The notes: a model not told the origin generated them from the letters alone. DNA of 64,000 bases from Eledone cirrhosa (GCA_964016885.1 OZ024765.1:3224001-3288000), one strand, 5' to 3'; shown: positions 23,831-38,474, counted from the stretch's first letter. Translations and numbers: made by a program.

Positions 23831-24040
23831 TTATTAATAGAAATGGTCGACCTTATCTTTAATCCTTCTGGTGCTTTGATAAAGTAAATCTGAAGTTTGT
23901 TTCTCATTGCTCTAGGGCTGATTTGAACCCACAATGACTGTGTGCAATAATGTTCACTGACATCAAATCTGTCATACCTAGTAACTATGATGTGTGTGTG
24001 TGTGTGTGTGTGTGTGAAAATCTCCAACTAAGCGCGACAT

Positions 24041-24760
24041 TGTGATTCCTGGACTCGCGCCGATATAAAGAATTGTTATCAATATTCAGTAGTTATATTT
24101 TTATTGTGGGCTTTCCTTGCATTTCCACAATGTACCCCTAGCCATATCCACCTCTAAAAACGCTTTTGGCGCTCCAAGACCACCTCTCCTCGTTTGGAAA
24201 CGCTCATGTGTAGAATTCGAAGTAGGGATGCTCATGGCTAGAACACCGACGAAGTTTTGAGGGTTTAAGCTATTTTTTTTTTCATTGTTCCAACAGTGAA
24301 CATACCCCACGGGACTCCGAATTCTGCTCATGTACAATCTCACCGTTCTACGGGAGAAAAGCTCAACGGTTTACTGTTATCGGAGATCAAACTGTTATCT
24401 CATCAACAGAGGGTTTGTGCATGCGCAGTCGAGGCAAACCCTTCCTCACCAAAAACATCTAGAACAAAAAAGACAGAAAGATAGAGGTACAAAAGAACTG
24501 AACTCAATACGTATATAATAGATTTTCATTAGATTTTATTAAAAGACATCTTAAGAAACTCCAGAAGGTTTTTACAGAATTTTCACAGGACCTACTTTGT
24601 CGTCTGCCATTTCTGAGGTGGAAATATTTTCACGATTATTCTCTTCTTTGGTGAATCGAACGAAGTGACGTAGGATATGGAAGAAGATGTTATAATAATG
24701 TAGATTATGGTCGATAATGTAGATTATGTTATAATATAGATTATGGTCAGGGATGTCACA
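24041..24760. mobile_element. Insertion with TGTGA...TCACA ends (solo-LTR-like)
   Basis: Short imperfect inverted termini and flanking CAT/CAT. Removing it restores gcgcgacatctgtaaa, similar to the empty site in paralogs (gagcgacgtgcccgtaaa, ~690). Confidence 0.5.
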
Positions 24761-24949
24761 CATCTGTAAAAGAAAATAAACAGGAGAATGAAAAGTAAAG
24801 AATAAAAGAAAGAGAGGAACGAGTGAAGGAGTGAAAACGAATGTCAACAAAAATGAGAAAGATAAATGGTTATATTGGTGTATGGAATAGATAGACTGGC
24901 TAGTCTCTCTCTGTCTCTCCTCCTCTTCCTCTGTCTCACTCCCCCTCTC

Positions 24950-25395
24950 TCTATATATGTATGTTATATATATATGTTATATATATAATATATATATAAT
25001 ATATATATGTATATATATAAATAATATATATAATATATATATAAAATATATAAATAATATATAATATATATATATATAATATATATATTATATATATATA
25101 AAGTATATATTATATATATTTTATATAAATATACATATATATATTTTATATTATATATACATATATAAAATATATATAATATATATATTTATATAAAATA
25201 TATATAATATATATATTTATATAAAATATATATAAAATATAATATATATATATATATAATATATATAATATATACATATATAATTTATAAATATAATATA
25301 TAATATATATATAATATATAAATATAATATATATATAATATATAAATATAATATATAATATATAATATATATATATATAATATATATATATAATA
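24950..25395. repeat. (TA)-rich microsatellite
   Basis: Direct inspection. Confidence 0.95.
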
Positions 25396-25399
25396 CATA

Positions 25400-25505
25400 C
25401 TGCCAAGGTTGACTTTGCTTTTCATCCTTACGGGGTTGATAAAATAAAGTACCAGTAATGCACTGGGGTAATTACTTGCCTTGTGTCAAAAGTAGAAGCA
25501 ATTAT
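25400..25505 (+). mobile_element. SINE 3' portion
   Basis: Same SINE core and tail. Confidence 0.85.
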
Positions 25506-26619
25506 TTATCTGAAAAATAAAAAATAAAAAATAAAAAATAAAAAAATAAAAATTAGTAAAAGAAAGTTAGAGCTCACGAAAGAGGTGTCCTCAAAAAACT
25601 GATGCACCCTGTTTTATATCATGTTATCTGCATTTGTAACAAAGATTTATGTTTCACCAATGTCAAGCAATTTCTTTCAGCCAAAAAAAAAAAAAAAAAG
25701 GAACTAACCTGGATATATCCTGACTATGTCTTGATATGCAAATCAGATTTGAAAGATGTCTGTAGTGTCTGAGCTATGAGAGGGAAGTTTCAATTTTTCA
25801 ATCCAGCCCAAAATTAGAAAGAGAATTAACATAACAAACGTTAATTCCTCCACTTTATTGCAAATGTTTTCATGATACAATAAAAAGTGATTCACTTGAA
25901 CGAAAAGAAAATCCATGGGAGAATTTCAGATTACGAATCTATAAAGCAGCATCTTCCATTTTGGGCATTGCTGGCTTTACCTACAAGCTAAATAAGCTGT
26001 AGCTTGGGGGTACACATCCAAGATGGTTTTCAAAATTAATTCAACCCTATGAACGTCGCCTTCTGTTAAATAAATTGAAACTTCTATATCGTAAAAGGGA
26101 AAGAAGTAAATTATAACTTCTTATCTAGAATTGAAAGACAAGGGAGATAACTCAAACGAGATTTTAAAAAATTCAATAAAGGGAAACAACTTGGGAGTGA
26201 AAAATTCTAAATAGAAGAATTGACACGGTCCAGAAGTATATAATGGATCGAAACTGCCAAATCCACCACAATCACCGATGACCCTGGGGTTCTGTGTCCT
26301 TCGTTTGTATTTTAATTTTTTTTTTTATAATTTTTTAAGGTTTCCTCTTAAAAAGTTGTTTTTCTTTCGTTGTCTTGTCCTCTCGTCTCTTACACCTTTC
26401 GACAGTGTTTGGCTTATGTCAGACGCTGTGACCCCGGATGGACTAGCAGTACCGTTGGTAGGGGTCGAAACTACCCTAGTCCATTTCAACGGCCGATGAC
26501 CTCAGTGTCCATCGATCGTATTTTTTTTCTTAAGGTTTCCCCTTAAAAAATTGTTTTTCGTTTTATTTCTGTTCGTTGTCTTCTCTTTTCTTTGGTAATT
26601 TTCTTACGTTTATATATAT

Positions 26620-27062
26620 ATCATCATCATCATCATCATTTTACGTCCGCTTTTCCCTGCTTGCAAGCGTTGGACGGGTCCTATTCAGCATCTCTCCACT
26701 TGTCACGGTTCTTCGTCATCTCCTCCATGAGCTTCAGCAATCTGAGGTCTGCTCTCACCACCTCCGCCCATGTTTTTCGTGGTCTTCCTCTACTGCGTCT
26801 TCCCCCCACTGGGACTTCCTGGCACTTCTTCACCCAGCGGTCATCCTCCATGCGCATCACATGTCCATACCATCGCAGTCTTCCCTCCGGCACACTAAAA
26901 CGTGTCCCTCTAATACACAGCTTCTCTCTCAACTCATCTTTGCTTGGTCGTTCACGCACATTGGCATTGCACATCCAACGAAGCATGCTAGCTTCATTTC
27001 TCTCCAGCCGTCGCATATCCTCTGCAGTGGCTGCCCATGTCTCACTACCATGCAGCATCCAG
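26620..27062 (-). mobile_element. RTE-clade LINE 3' end (ORF remnant 26681-27058) with (TGA)n tail
   Basis: MLHGSETWA...MLRWMC...RLRWYGHVMRM...RGRPRKTW motifs typical of the RTE ORF C-terminus. Confidence 0.9.
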
Positions 27063-27119
27063 CATAATATATATATTAATATTCATTCATATATGAAACT
27101 CAATATTAATATATATATC

Positions 27120-27545
27120 GCAGACATTTTTTCACGCTCAGAGTTGCTGAAGCATGGAACAAACTGCCTGCGTCAATTGTTAGCTGCCGAGACACTGCAT
27201 CCTTTAAGACACTCATGCTTCCCGAAATACACCAAAACTACACCTGATGTACCCCTTCCATACACATGCACACATGTGTGTATCATGATTCGTGCACTGT
27301 TCATTTTACTGATGTTTGTGCATTGCCCTATGTACTGTACATGCACTTTTTTGATGAGTTGTGGTGCACCTGGGCACTGTACACAATATTTCATTATTGT
27401 TATTGTTATTATATCATGACTCATACATTGTTCATTTTCCTGACATTTGTACATTATTCTATGTACTATACATGCACCTTTGATGAGTTGTAGTGCACCT
27501 GAGCACTGTACACAATAATTTCATTATTATTATTATTTATTATTA
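27120..27545 (+). mobile_element. CR1-clade LINE 3' end with duplicated 3' UTR and (ATT)n tail
   Basis: HFFTLRVAEAWNKLPASIVSCRDTASFKTLMLPEI. Confidence 0.8.
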
Positions 27546-27643
27546 ATATATATTAATATATATATATATATGAAACTCAATATTAATATATATATTAATA
27601 TATATTAATATATATATTAATATTAATATATATATTAATATTG

Positions 27644-27694
27644 AGTTTCAGAAGATCCCGTTAAGGGTGAAAGCAGCGATTCTTTGCTTAAACT
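27644..27694 (+). ncRNA. Degenerate type I hammerhead motif
   Basis: AGTTT-CAGAAGA-tCCCgttaaGGGt-GAAA-GCA...TGC-TT-AAACT. The core carries a U4>A change. Confidence 0.45.
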
Positions 27695-27809
27695 TTAAAC
27701 TGTTATTTTAATAAATATTTATTTGCTTTATGGTTTTTATATATTTGATATATATTTATCCTTATCGAGCCCCTTCGTATTTTAGTCTTCAAAATTAGTA
27801 TTATTACTA

Positions 27810-29350
<1,541 letters not shown>

Positions 29351-29543
29351 CCTGTGTGCACATCTAATATAAGCAAAAGCGGCGTTCCCACGACCTCATT
29401 TATCCCCAGCCCCACCCCAGTGCCATCCCGTAGCCACCCGTGTCACACCACCCCACCACCCATGCTATGCCGCCCCTCCCCCTATCTTTGTTATTGCATT
29501 CTACAGGCTCCTCCTTTACACACTTGCTACCCTCACATCACCT

Positions 29544-30315
29544 GTGGCGGCGGTGATGGTGGTGGTGGTGGTGGTGGTGGTCGTGGTGGTGGTGCTTGTG
29601 GTGCTTGTGGTGGTGGTGGTGGTGGTGGTGCTTGTGGCGGCGGTGGTGGTGGTGGTGGTGCTTGTGGTGGTGGTGGTGGTGGTGGTGGTGGTGGTGGCGG
29701 CGGCGGTGGTTGTGGTGGCGGTGGCGGTGGTGGTGGTGGTGCTTGTGGTGGTGGTGGTGGTGGTGGTGCTTGTGGTGGTGGCGGTGGTGGTGCTTGTGGT
29801 GGTGGCGGCGGTGCTTGTGGTGGCGGCGGTGGTGGTAGTGCTTGTGGCGGTGGTGGTGCTTGTGGTGGTGGCGGTGGTGGTGCTTGTGGTGGTGGCGGCG
29901 GTGCTTGTGGTGGCGGCGGTGGTGGTAGTGCTTGTGGCGGTGGTGGTGCTTGTGGTGGTGGTGCTTGTGGTGGTGGCGGTGGTGGTGCTTGTGGTGGTGG
30001 CGGCGGTGCTTGTGGTGGCGGCGGTGGTGGTAGTGCTTGTGGCGGTGGTGGTGCTTGTGGTGGTGGCGGCGGTGCTTGTGGTGGCGGCGGCGGCGGTGGC
30101 AGTGCTGGTGGTGTCGGTGGTGGTGCTTGTGGTGGATATGGTGGTGCTGGTGGTGGTTTTCGTGCGGATGGAGGTGGTGGTGGTGTTGACATGATGGCGG
30201 CGGTGGTGCTTGTGGTGGTACCATGGCGGCGGCGGCGGCGATTGTGGCGGTGGTGGCATGGTGGTGGCATGGCGGCGGTGCTGGTAGTGGTAATGGCATG
30301 GTGGCGCTGATGGTG
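29544..30315. repeat. (GGT/GGC)n repeat punctuated by GCTTGT
   Basis: Direct inspection. Open in several frames. Confidence 0.9.
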
Positions 30316-30334
30316 GCAACCATACGAAGCTGCA

Positions 30335-30540
30335 TCTCCTAATGATTAGAGGGATCGCAATGTTGTGGGTTCAATTCCTAGACAGGCCTGCTTCGTCGTG
30401 TTCTTGAACAAGACACTTTATTTCACTTCGCTCCAGTACACTCAGCTGATAGTGAGTACCAACTGTAGCTAGGGAGCTAATCCTGTGATAGTCCAGCGTC
30501 CTATCCAGGGAGATTCATGTACTCTCAATCGCTTCTTAAT
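30335..30540 (+). mobile_element. Second tRNA-derived SINE family
   Basis: B box GGTTCAATTCC followed by GTGTTCTTGAACAAGACACTT...CACTCAGCTG...GAGTACC, a typical SINE central domain. Confidence 0.65.
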
Positions 30541-30569
30541 CAAGCTTAAAGCAAAACTTCACAGGCAGT

Positions 30570-33500
30570 GAATGGTGGAGTGGTTAGAACGTCAGATAGA
30601 ATGGCACAGTGGTTAGAACGTCAGATAGAATGGTAGAGTGGTTAGAACGTCAGATAGAATGGTAGAGTGGTTAGAACGTCAGATAGAATGGTGGAGTGGT
30701 TAGAACGTCAGATAGAATGGTAGAGACGTTAGAACGTCAGATAGAATGGTGGAGTGGTTAGAACGTCAGATAGAATGGTAGAGACGTTAGAACGTCAGAT
30801 AGAATGGTGGAGTGGTTAGAATGTCAGATAGAATGGTAGAGTGGTTAGAACGTCAGATAGAATGGTAGAGTGGTTAGAACGTCAGATAGAATGGTGGAGT
30901 GGTTAGAACGTCAGATAGAATGGTGGAGTGGTTAGAACGTCAGATAGAATGGTGGAGTGGTTAGAACGTCAGATAGAATGGTGGAGTGGTTAGAACGTCA
31001 GATAGAATGGTGGAGTGGTTAGAACGTCAGATAGAATGGTGGAGTGGTTAGAACGTCTGATAGAATGGTAGAGTGGTTAGAACGTCAGATAGAATGGTAG
31101 AGTGGTTAGAACGTCTGATAGAATGGTGGAGTGGTTAGAACGTCTGATAGAATGGTAGAGTGGTTAGAACGTCAGATAGAATGGTGGAGTGGTTAGAACG
31201 TCAGATAGAATGGTAGAGTGGTTAGAACGTCAGATAGAATGGTGGAGTGGTTAGAACGTCAGATAGAATGGTGGAGTGGTTAGAACGTCAGATAGAATGG
31301 TAGAGTGGTTAGAACGTCAGATAGAATGGTAGAGTGGTTAGAACGTCAGATAGAATGGTAGAGTGGTTAGAACGTCAGATAGAATGGTGGAGTGGTTAGA
31401 ACGTCAGATAGAATGGTAGAGTGGTTAGAACGTCAGATAGAATGGTGGAGTGGTTAGAACGTCAGATAGAATGGTGGAGTGGTTAGAACGTCAGATAGAA
31501 TGGTGGAGTGGTTAGAACGTCAGATAGAATGGTAGAGTGGTTAGAACGTCTGATAGAATGGTAGAGTGGTTAGAACGTCAGATAGAATGGTAGAGTGGTT
31601 AGAACGTCAGATAGAATGGTAGAGTGGTTAGAACGTCAGATAGAATGGCACAGTGGTTAGAACGTCAGATAGAATGGTAGAGTGGTTAGAACGTCAGATA
31701 GAATGGTAGAGTGGTTAGAACGTCAGATAGAATGGTAGAGTGGTTAGAACGTCAGATAGAATGGTGGAGTGGTTAGAACGTCTGATAGAATGGTAGAGAC
31801 GTTAGAACGTCAGATAGAATGGTAGAGTGGTTAGAACGTCAGATAGAATGGTAGAGTGGTTAGAACGTCAGATAGAATGGTAGAGTGGTTAGAACGTCAG
31901 ATAGAATGGTAGAGTGGTTAGAACGTCAGATAGAATGGTGGAGTGGTTAGAACGTCAGATAGAATGGTAGAGTGGTTAGAACGTCAGATAGAATGGTAGA
32001 GTGGTTAGAACGTCAGATAGAATGGTAGAGTGGTTAGAACGTCAGATAGAATGGTGGAGTGGTTAGAACGTCAGATAGAATGGTGGAGTGGTTAGAACGT
32101 CTGATAGAATGGTAGAGTGGTTAGAACGTCAGATAGAATGGTGGAGTGGTTAGAACGTCAGATAGAATGGTAGAGTGGTTAGAACGTCAGATAGAATGGT
32201 GGAGTGGTTAGAACGTCAGATAGAATGGTGGAGTGGTTAGAACGTCTGATAGAATGGTAGAGACGTTAGAACGTCAGATAGAATGGTAGAGTGGTTAGAA
32301 CGTCAGATAGAATGGTGGAGTGGTTAGAACGTCAGATAGAATGGTAGAGTGGTTAGAACGTCAAATAGAATGGTGGAGTGGTTAGAACGTCAGATAGAAT
32401 GGTGGAGTGGTTAGAACGTCTGATAGAATGGTAGAGACGTTAGAACGTCAGATAGAATGGTGGAGTGGTTAGAACGTCAGATAGAATGGTGGAGTGGTTA
32501 GAACGTCTGATAGAATGGTGGAGTGGTTAGAACGTCTGATAGAATGGTAGAGACGTTAGAACGTCAGATAGAATGGTGGAGTGGTTAGAACGTCAGATAG
32601 AATGGTGGAGTGGTTAGAACGTCAGATAGAATGGTAGAGTGGTTAGAACGTCAGATAGAATGGTAGAGTGGTTAGAACGTCAGATAGAATGGTGGAGTGG
32701 TTAGAACGTCAGATAGAATGGTGGAGTGGTTAGAACGTCAGATAGAATGGTAGAGTGGTTAGAACGTCAGATAGAATGGTAGAGTGGTTAGAACGTCAGA
32801 TAGAATGGTAGAGTGGTTAGAACGTCAGATAGAATGGTGGAGTGGTTAGAACGTCAGATAGAATGGTGGAGTGGTTAGAACGTCTGATAGAATGGTAGAG
32901 ACGTTAGAACGTCAGATAGAATGGTGGAGTGGTTAGAACGTCAGATAGAATGGTGGAGTGGTTAGAACGTCTGATAGAATGGTGGAGTGGTTAGAACGTC
33001 TGATAGAATGGTGGAGTGGTTAGAACGTCTGATAGAATGGTGGAGTGGTTAGAACGTCTGATAGAATGGTAGAGACGTTAGAACGTCAGATTGAATGGTG
33101 GAGTGGTTAGAACGTCTGATAGAATGGTAGAGACGTTAGAACGTCAGATAGAATGGTGGAGTGGTTAGAACGTCTGATAGAATGGTGGAGTGGTTAGAAC
33201 GTCTGATAGAATGGTGGAGTGGTTAGAACGTCTGATAGAATGGTAGAGACGTTAGAACGTCTGATAGAATGGTGGAGTGGTTAGAACGTCAGATAGAATG
33301 GTGGAGTGGTTAGAACGTCTGATAGAATGGTGGAGTGGTTAGAACGTCTGATAGAATGGTAGAGACGTTAGAACGTCAGATAGAATGGTGGAGTGGTTAG
33401 AACGTCAGATAGAATGGTGGAGTGGTTAGAACGTCAGATAGAATGGTGGAGTGGTTAGAACGTCTGATAGAATGGTGGAGTGGTTAGAACGTCTGATAGA

Positions 33501-33708
33501 ATGGTAGAGACGTTAGAACGTCAGATAGAATGGTGGAGTGGTTAGAACGTCTGATAGAATGGTAGAGACGTTAGAACGTCAGATAGAATGGTGGAGTGGT
33601 TAGAACGTCTGATAGAATGGTAGAGACGTTAGAACGTCAGATAGAATGGTGGAGTGGTTAGAACGTCAGATAGAATGGTGGAGTGGTTAGAACGTCAGAT
33701 AGAATGGT
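30570..33708 (+). repeat. 29-bp satellite (~108 copies) expanded from a SINE head
   Basis: Unit GAATGGT(G/A)GAGTGGTTAGAACGTC(A/T)GATA. It continues directly into the SINE B box (33741) and core up to ~33825. Confidence 0.95.
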
Positions 33709-33937
33709 TTATGGTATTTGTTCCGGTTCTCTTCTCTCTCAGTTCAAATCCCACCAAGGTCAACTGTGCCTTTCATCCTTTTGAGGTCGATAAAATAAAG
33801 TACCAGTCAAGTACTGGGGTCAATTCTTCCTCTCTATCTCTCTCTCATTTCCTCTCTCTCACTCTATCTCTCCATATATTATATATATATATATATACGA
33901 TATTAATAAATGGAAACTATATTTATAAAACCATATT

Positions 33938-34002
33938 TATTTCATTATATATATTTCAAGGATACCAAGTTACATTATGGTATGCCTTCATCAGACAAAA
34001 TA
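33938..34002 (-). ncRNA. Type I hammerhead ribozyme with palindromic helix III
   Basis: Minus strand TATTTTGT-CTGATGA-AGGcATACCA...TGGTATCCTT-GAAA-TATATA-TA-ATGAAATA. Helix I has 8 pairs including 2 G-U. Confidence 0.65.
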
Positions 34003-34215
34003 CAATATATAACAGTTTTATAAATAGACATTGACGTACCCCTTTTTAAAAATTGACCGTTGTTTTTGGAGGCCATCAGGATAGTGATTTGTTTACTTTA
34101 GTAAGTCATAGTCCATTTATTAATATCGTATATCTATTCCAAATATTTGTCGAGTGCTTTATATCAGTTATAAAAATATTTGCTTGTTGTATCCCAACAA
34201 TTTAAATAAAACTTT

Positions 34216-34249
<34 letters not shown>

Positions 34250-34255
<6 letters not shown>

Positions 34256-34590
34256 AATGCTGAAGATGGCTCTGAACATTAATCAGTATTCACTCAGGAA
34301 AAACTCAGAGCTGTATGGGAGCCTCCCAAAAGTCAGCTCAAAAGTGACACAGAGGAGACTGAGGTTAGCTGGACATGCTCACCGACATCCAGAGTTGACA
34401 TTGCACTCAGTGCTCCTGTGGGAGCCCCTGCATGGAGACACTGGAAGAGGAAAGCCAAGGTTAACGTATGTTGATGCCCTAAGGACAGACACTGGTCTGT
34501 TGGAGACGCAGGAAATGGCAGCGATAATGAGGGACAGAGACCGCTGGAGAGAACTCGTCCATGGATCTTGGGAATTTTACCCGCCCTAGA
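34250..34590 (+). mobile_element. RTE-like LINE 3' fragment
   Basis: RMLKMALNI...NSELYGSLPKVS...RRLRLAGH..RH.E......LLWEP.HG...RGKP..TYVD.L..DTG. Confidence 0.85.
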
Positions 34591-34919
34591 GATATTTCAT
34601 AGATTGAGTTAGAAACTCAAAATAGTCTTTTACAATTAAATAGCTCAAGGAAGAGAATCTTTCCGAGCCGTGTAATATAATTGAATTTATGAGAAGGATT
34701 AACACCAATACAAGTATACATGTGTTCGAATTGCAAATGACCGGGTATCAAACGGCGATTGCCCAATATAGGTTTGTTATTTTTTATTGATTTATTACTT
34801 TAAATCGAGACAGGCAAACCATATTGTTTTAAATTAGTATTTTTCAACCTAGCTAACTTGGTCATTTGCAATCCGAACACATGTCTCGTTGTATTGGTGT
34901 TCATCCCGCTCATATATCC

Positions 34920-34976
<57 letters not shown>

Positions 34977-35331
34977 GTCCACCATTTACCTCCATTATGG
35001 ATCAACTCAGCAGTCTTGCTATATTAACACATATTGATCTGCTTATCTTCAAGAACTGTGCCTGTAAATAACATTATTTTTTCTTTCACATTGACTTATC
35101 ATTTGATAATGCATAAAAATGCTGAAACCGATAATAGACAATTATTAAATATATAAATAAATAAATAAATGCCATTGTTAATTAATAAATAAATCAACTA
35201 ATACCTTAACACTTCACACAAAGTAAAATATTTCGTTTTAATCATTTTCTAACCCAGAAAAAAAGAGAGAAAGAAATAAAAAGGGGAAAAAAAAATATTT
35301 TTCTTCCTAATAATCGTCTTTTTCTCCCTGT

Positions 35332-35399
<68 letters not shown>

Positions 35400-35883
35400 G
35401 TACATATATATATGTAAAGTACTAGTCTAGTACTGGGGTTGATTCTTCCTCTCTTTCTATCCTTCTTTGGAAGAAATCTGCTGTACTCAGACCTGGAGTG
35501 GGATGGGCCTCCGCTAGGTTTAAAATGCCCAAGAAATGCCGTATGTCAATATGGCACTCCTATGGCTTTATCAGGAGTTACGGGACCCTACATGTATACA
35601 AGAGATGGGCTCCGCCAAGTTTAAAATTGCCAAGACACGATGTATGCCACAACGATGTTCAAATTGAATGTTTGTTATTGTAAAATAAACATTGTTAACC
35701 CTATTTTTTTCATTTTTATTTCGCCAATTCATGAACTCAATACATTAGTACGGCGTCCACTCACCAATCTACAAGAGACCAACATTTTGTCTATCATATA
35801 TCGTATTTCTTTTCATGTTATTGTTATCATTTCTGTCACCACTGTTTTACACATCCACTTACTCACCATTATAACCCCCATAA

Positions 35884-36070
35884 TAGTGGACTGGCAGTAT
35901 CGGTAGAGGGTCGGACACCATGCTTTGCAGCAAAGAGTTATGGTCCCTTATGTTCTAAGTTCAAATCCCGCCGAGGTTAACTTTGCCTTTCATCCTTACG
36001 GGGTCGATAAAATAAAGTACCAGTAATGTACTGGATTAATTGCTGGCCTTGTGCCAAAAGTAGAAACAAT
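35884..36070 (+). mobile_element. Full-length tRNA-derived SINE
   Basis: TGGCAGTATCGGTAGAG...AGTTCAAATCCCGCCGAGG...core...GCCAAAAGTAGAAAC. Confidence 0.9.
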
Positions 36071-36284
36071 TATTGGTTTTATCATTCATCCCGAAAGGAA
36101 TACATTTATCCACTACAACTCCTTCAGGGGCTACAAGACTCTACCATACCAAAAGATGTTTGAATGAAATTTTAAATGTCTTTCCAATCACAAGGTCGTC
36201 GGTTCGAACTCTACGTTTGTCTCTATACATAGTCATTTTTCCAAAGTTCTTCTCCTTCTCCGTCTTTTTCTCCCTGTTATTCCT

Positions 36285-36655
36285 GATGTTGTCGTGGGGA
36301 CAGAGTCCTCAAACACTCCTTCCAGTGGGTCTTGTCAGAATCAGAAGCAACCGTCTCCAACTAATCCGACTGGATCCCCAGACTCATGGATGTTGTCCAA
36401 CCATATTGCTCGGAGACTACTCCTGGGTCTCCTACGTGTTAGTTTCGCTCATAAATCTGTCCAGTGAGTTTATCCTGAGACATTCTAATCACATGTCCAT
36501 AGTACCAGAGCTGTGATCTCTCAATTCATAGAAGTAGCAGCTCTACCTTGAGTGACTCTCTGATCTCTGAACTACAAATCTGTCCAGTGATACTTTCCTG
36601 GGACGTTCTAGCCACATTAGTATCAAAGCTGTGGTCCCTCAATTCGGAGAAGCTC
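36285..36655 (-). mobile_element. RTE LINE 3' fragment (family of 59385-61960) with two copies of the ~120-bp segment
   Basis: Shares cagagtcctcaaacactcc, ggatgttgtccaacca, acatgtccatagta..agagctgtgatctctcaattc. Confidence 0.8.
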
Positions 36656-36895
36656 TTCATACATTTCATCCCGGGTGACATTTGTCTATAAGTTTGAGAA
36701 TGATTTCAACTAAATGTTCTCCTTCCTCTATCTTCCCCGTTAAAAAAATGAAAACACATCACTTCAGACTAAATAATACACTACTTTTTAATTTTTACAC
36801 ACACACACATATATATATATATCCATATATATTTATCCATATATATATCATTTTTTTTATTAGATTTAGAAGTGACCAGGATACTAATAATTCTT

Positions 36896-36975
36896 CACCC
36901 GCTGATGAGCTAGGATTTTGGTATTCCTCTTCACAAATAATATGGCGAAACAGTATTATCAAAACTGTCCGGGTG
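36896..36975 (+). ncRNA. Type I hammerhead ribozyme, canonical core
   Basis: CACCCG-CTGATGA-GCT...GGC-GAAA-CAGT attatcaaa ACTG-TC-CGGGTG: perfect helix I, helix III and GUC triplet. Confidence 0.88.
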
Positions 36976-37239
36976 TTTGGTAGTTACCACAATTCTGGCT
37001 TGTATTTATTTTTCTTGATTTATTCCTAAATTGAGTCTAGCAAACCTTATTGTCTGTAGTTAGTATTCTTTTCACCTTAGCGAATCTGGTTCATTACGAT
37101 TTGAACACATATATGTATATGTCTGTGTTTCGTTTTTCTTTTTTGTTCAGTTATACTATACGGCTCGGAAAAACCTCTTTCCCTAGAGCTAATTTACAGC
37201 AATGAGACTATTTTGAGTTTCTAAGTCAATACATGCCTT

Positions 37240-37285
<46 letters not shown>

Positions 37286-37321
37286 ATATATATATATATA
37301 TCCATATATATATATATATGG

Positions 37322-37397
<76 letters not shown>

Positions 37398-37542
37398 TTA
37401 TGCAAGAAAGAAAAATGTCTACGACAATATTAACGACAGCGATGACGTCACAAATGTTAGAATTATGTTTACATAAAAAGCATCCGGTTTCTCTGCTGCT
37501 TGTTGAGTGTCAGCAACACATGCAGACACTGACACACACACA

Positions 37543-37587
<45 letters not shown>

Positions 37588-37660
37588 ACATACATTAACT
37601 TGTTTTTTGCGTGTATGTGTGTGTATATATATATATATATGGATATATATATATATATAC

Positions 37661-37749
<89 letters not shown>

Positions 37750-37756
37750 TATATCC

Positions 37757-37787
<31 letters not shown>

Positions 37788-37898
37788 TATCCATATATAT
37801 ATATATATACATATATCCATATATATATATATATATACATATATCCATATATATATATATATACATATATCCATATATATATATATATACATATATCC

Positions 37899-37929
<31 letters not shown>

Positions 37930-38197
37930 TATCCATATATATATATATGTATATATACATATATATATATATACATATATATATACATATATATATACAT
38001 ATATATATACATATATATCCATATATATATATATCTCGATATATATATATATCGATATATATATATATATATATCGATATATATATATATCGATATATAT
38101 ATATATATATATATCGATATATATATATCGATATATATATATATATATATCTATATATATATATATATGTGTGTGTGGACATATGTGTGTGTTTGTG

Positions 38198-38240
<43 letters not shown>

Positions 38241-38443
38241 CAGAAGACATATGTTTAACTGTGAGTGTCGATTGTGCATATGATACCTTGCATAAATGAT
38301 GTGCAGAAGTGCACTGTCCCTGGTTAGGTGGGGAGTTGTGTATTTCTGCATATATGATATGCATCTTAGATACAGACATATATATATATATATATATATA
38401 TTTATTTATATATATATATATAAATATAAATATATATATATAA

Positions 38444-38474
<31 letters not shown>

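Larger units (their letters stand above)
20900..24040. repeat. Second diverged paralog of the unit (CR1 remnant 20960-22030 minus with locally reiterated RGDMIE segment, plus palindromic cassette block)
   Basis: Same ordered motifs as 1530-3300 and 15107-16940. Confidence 0.88.

Noticed and set aside
1-24040. Endogenous DNA virus or Polinton interpretation of the repeat unit
   Set aside because: No polymerase, capsid, ATPase, integrase or helicase motifs were found, and the recognisable coding remnant is CR1.
26415-26490. Hammerhead-like GACCCC/GGGGTC-GAAA-CTA..TAG-TC
   Set aside because: The CUGANGA core and helix I are not recoverable.
30570-33708. CRISPR-like array (29-bp repeats)
   Set aside because: No spacers, no cas genes, eukaryotic context, and the monomer derives from a SINE.
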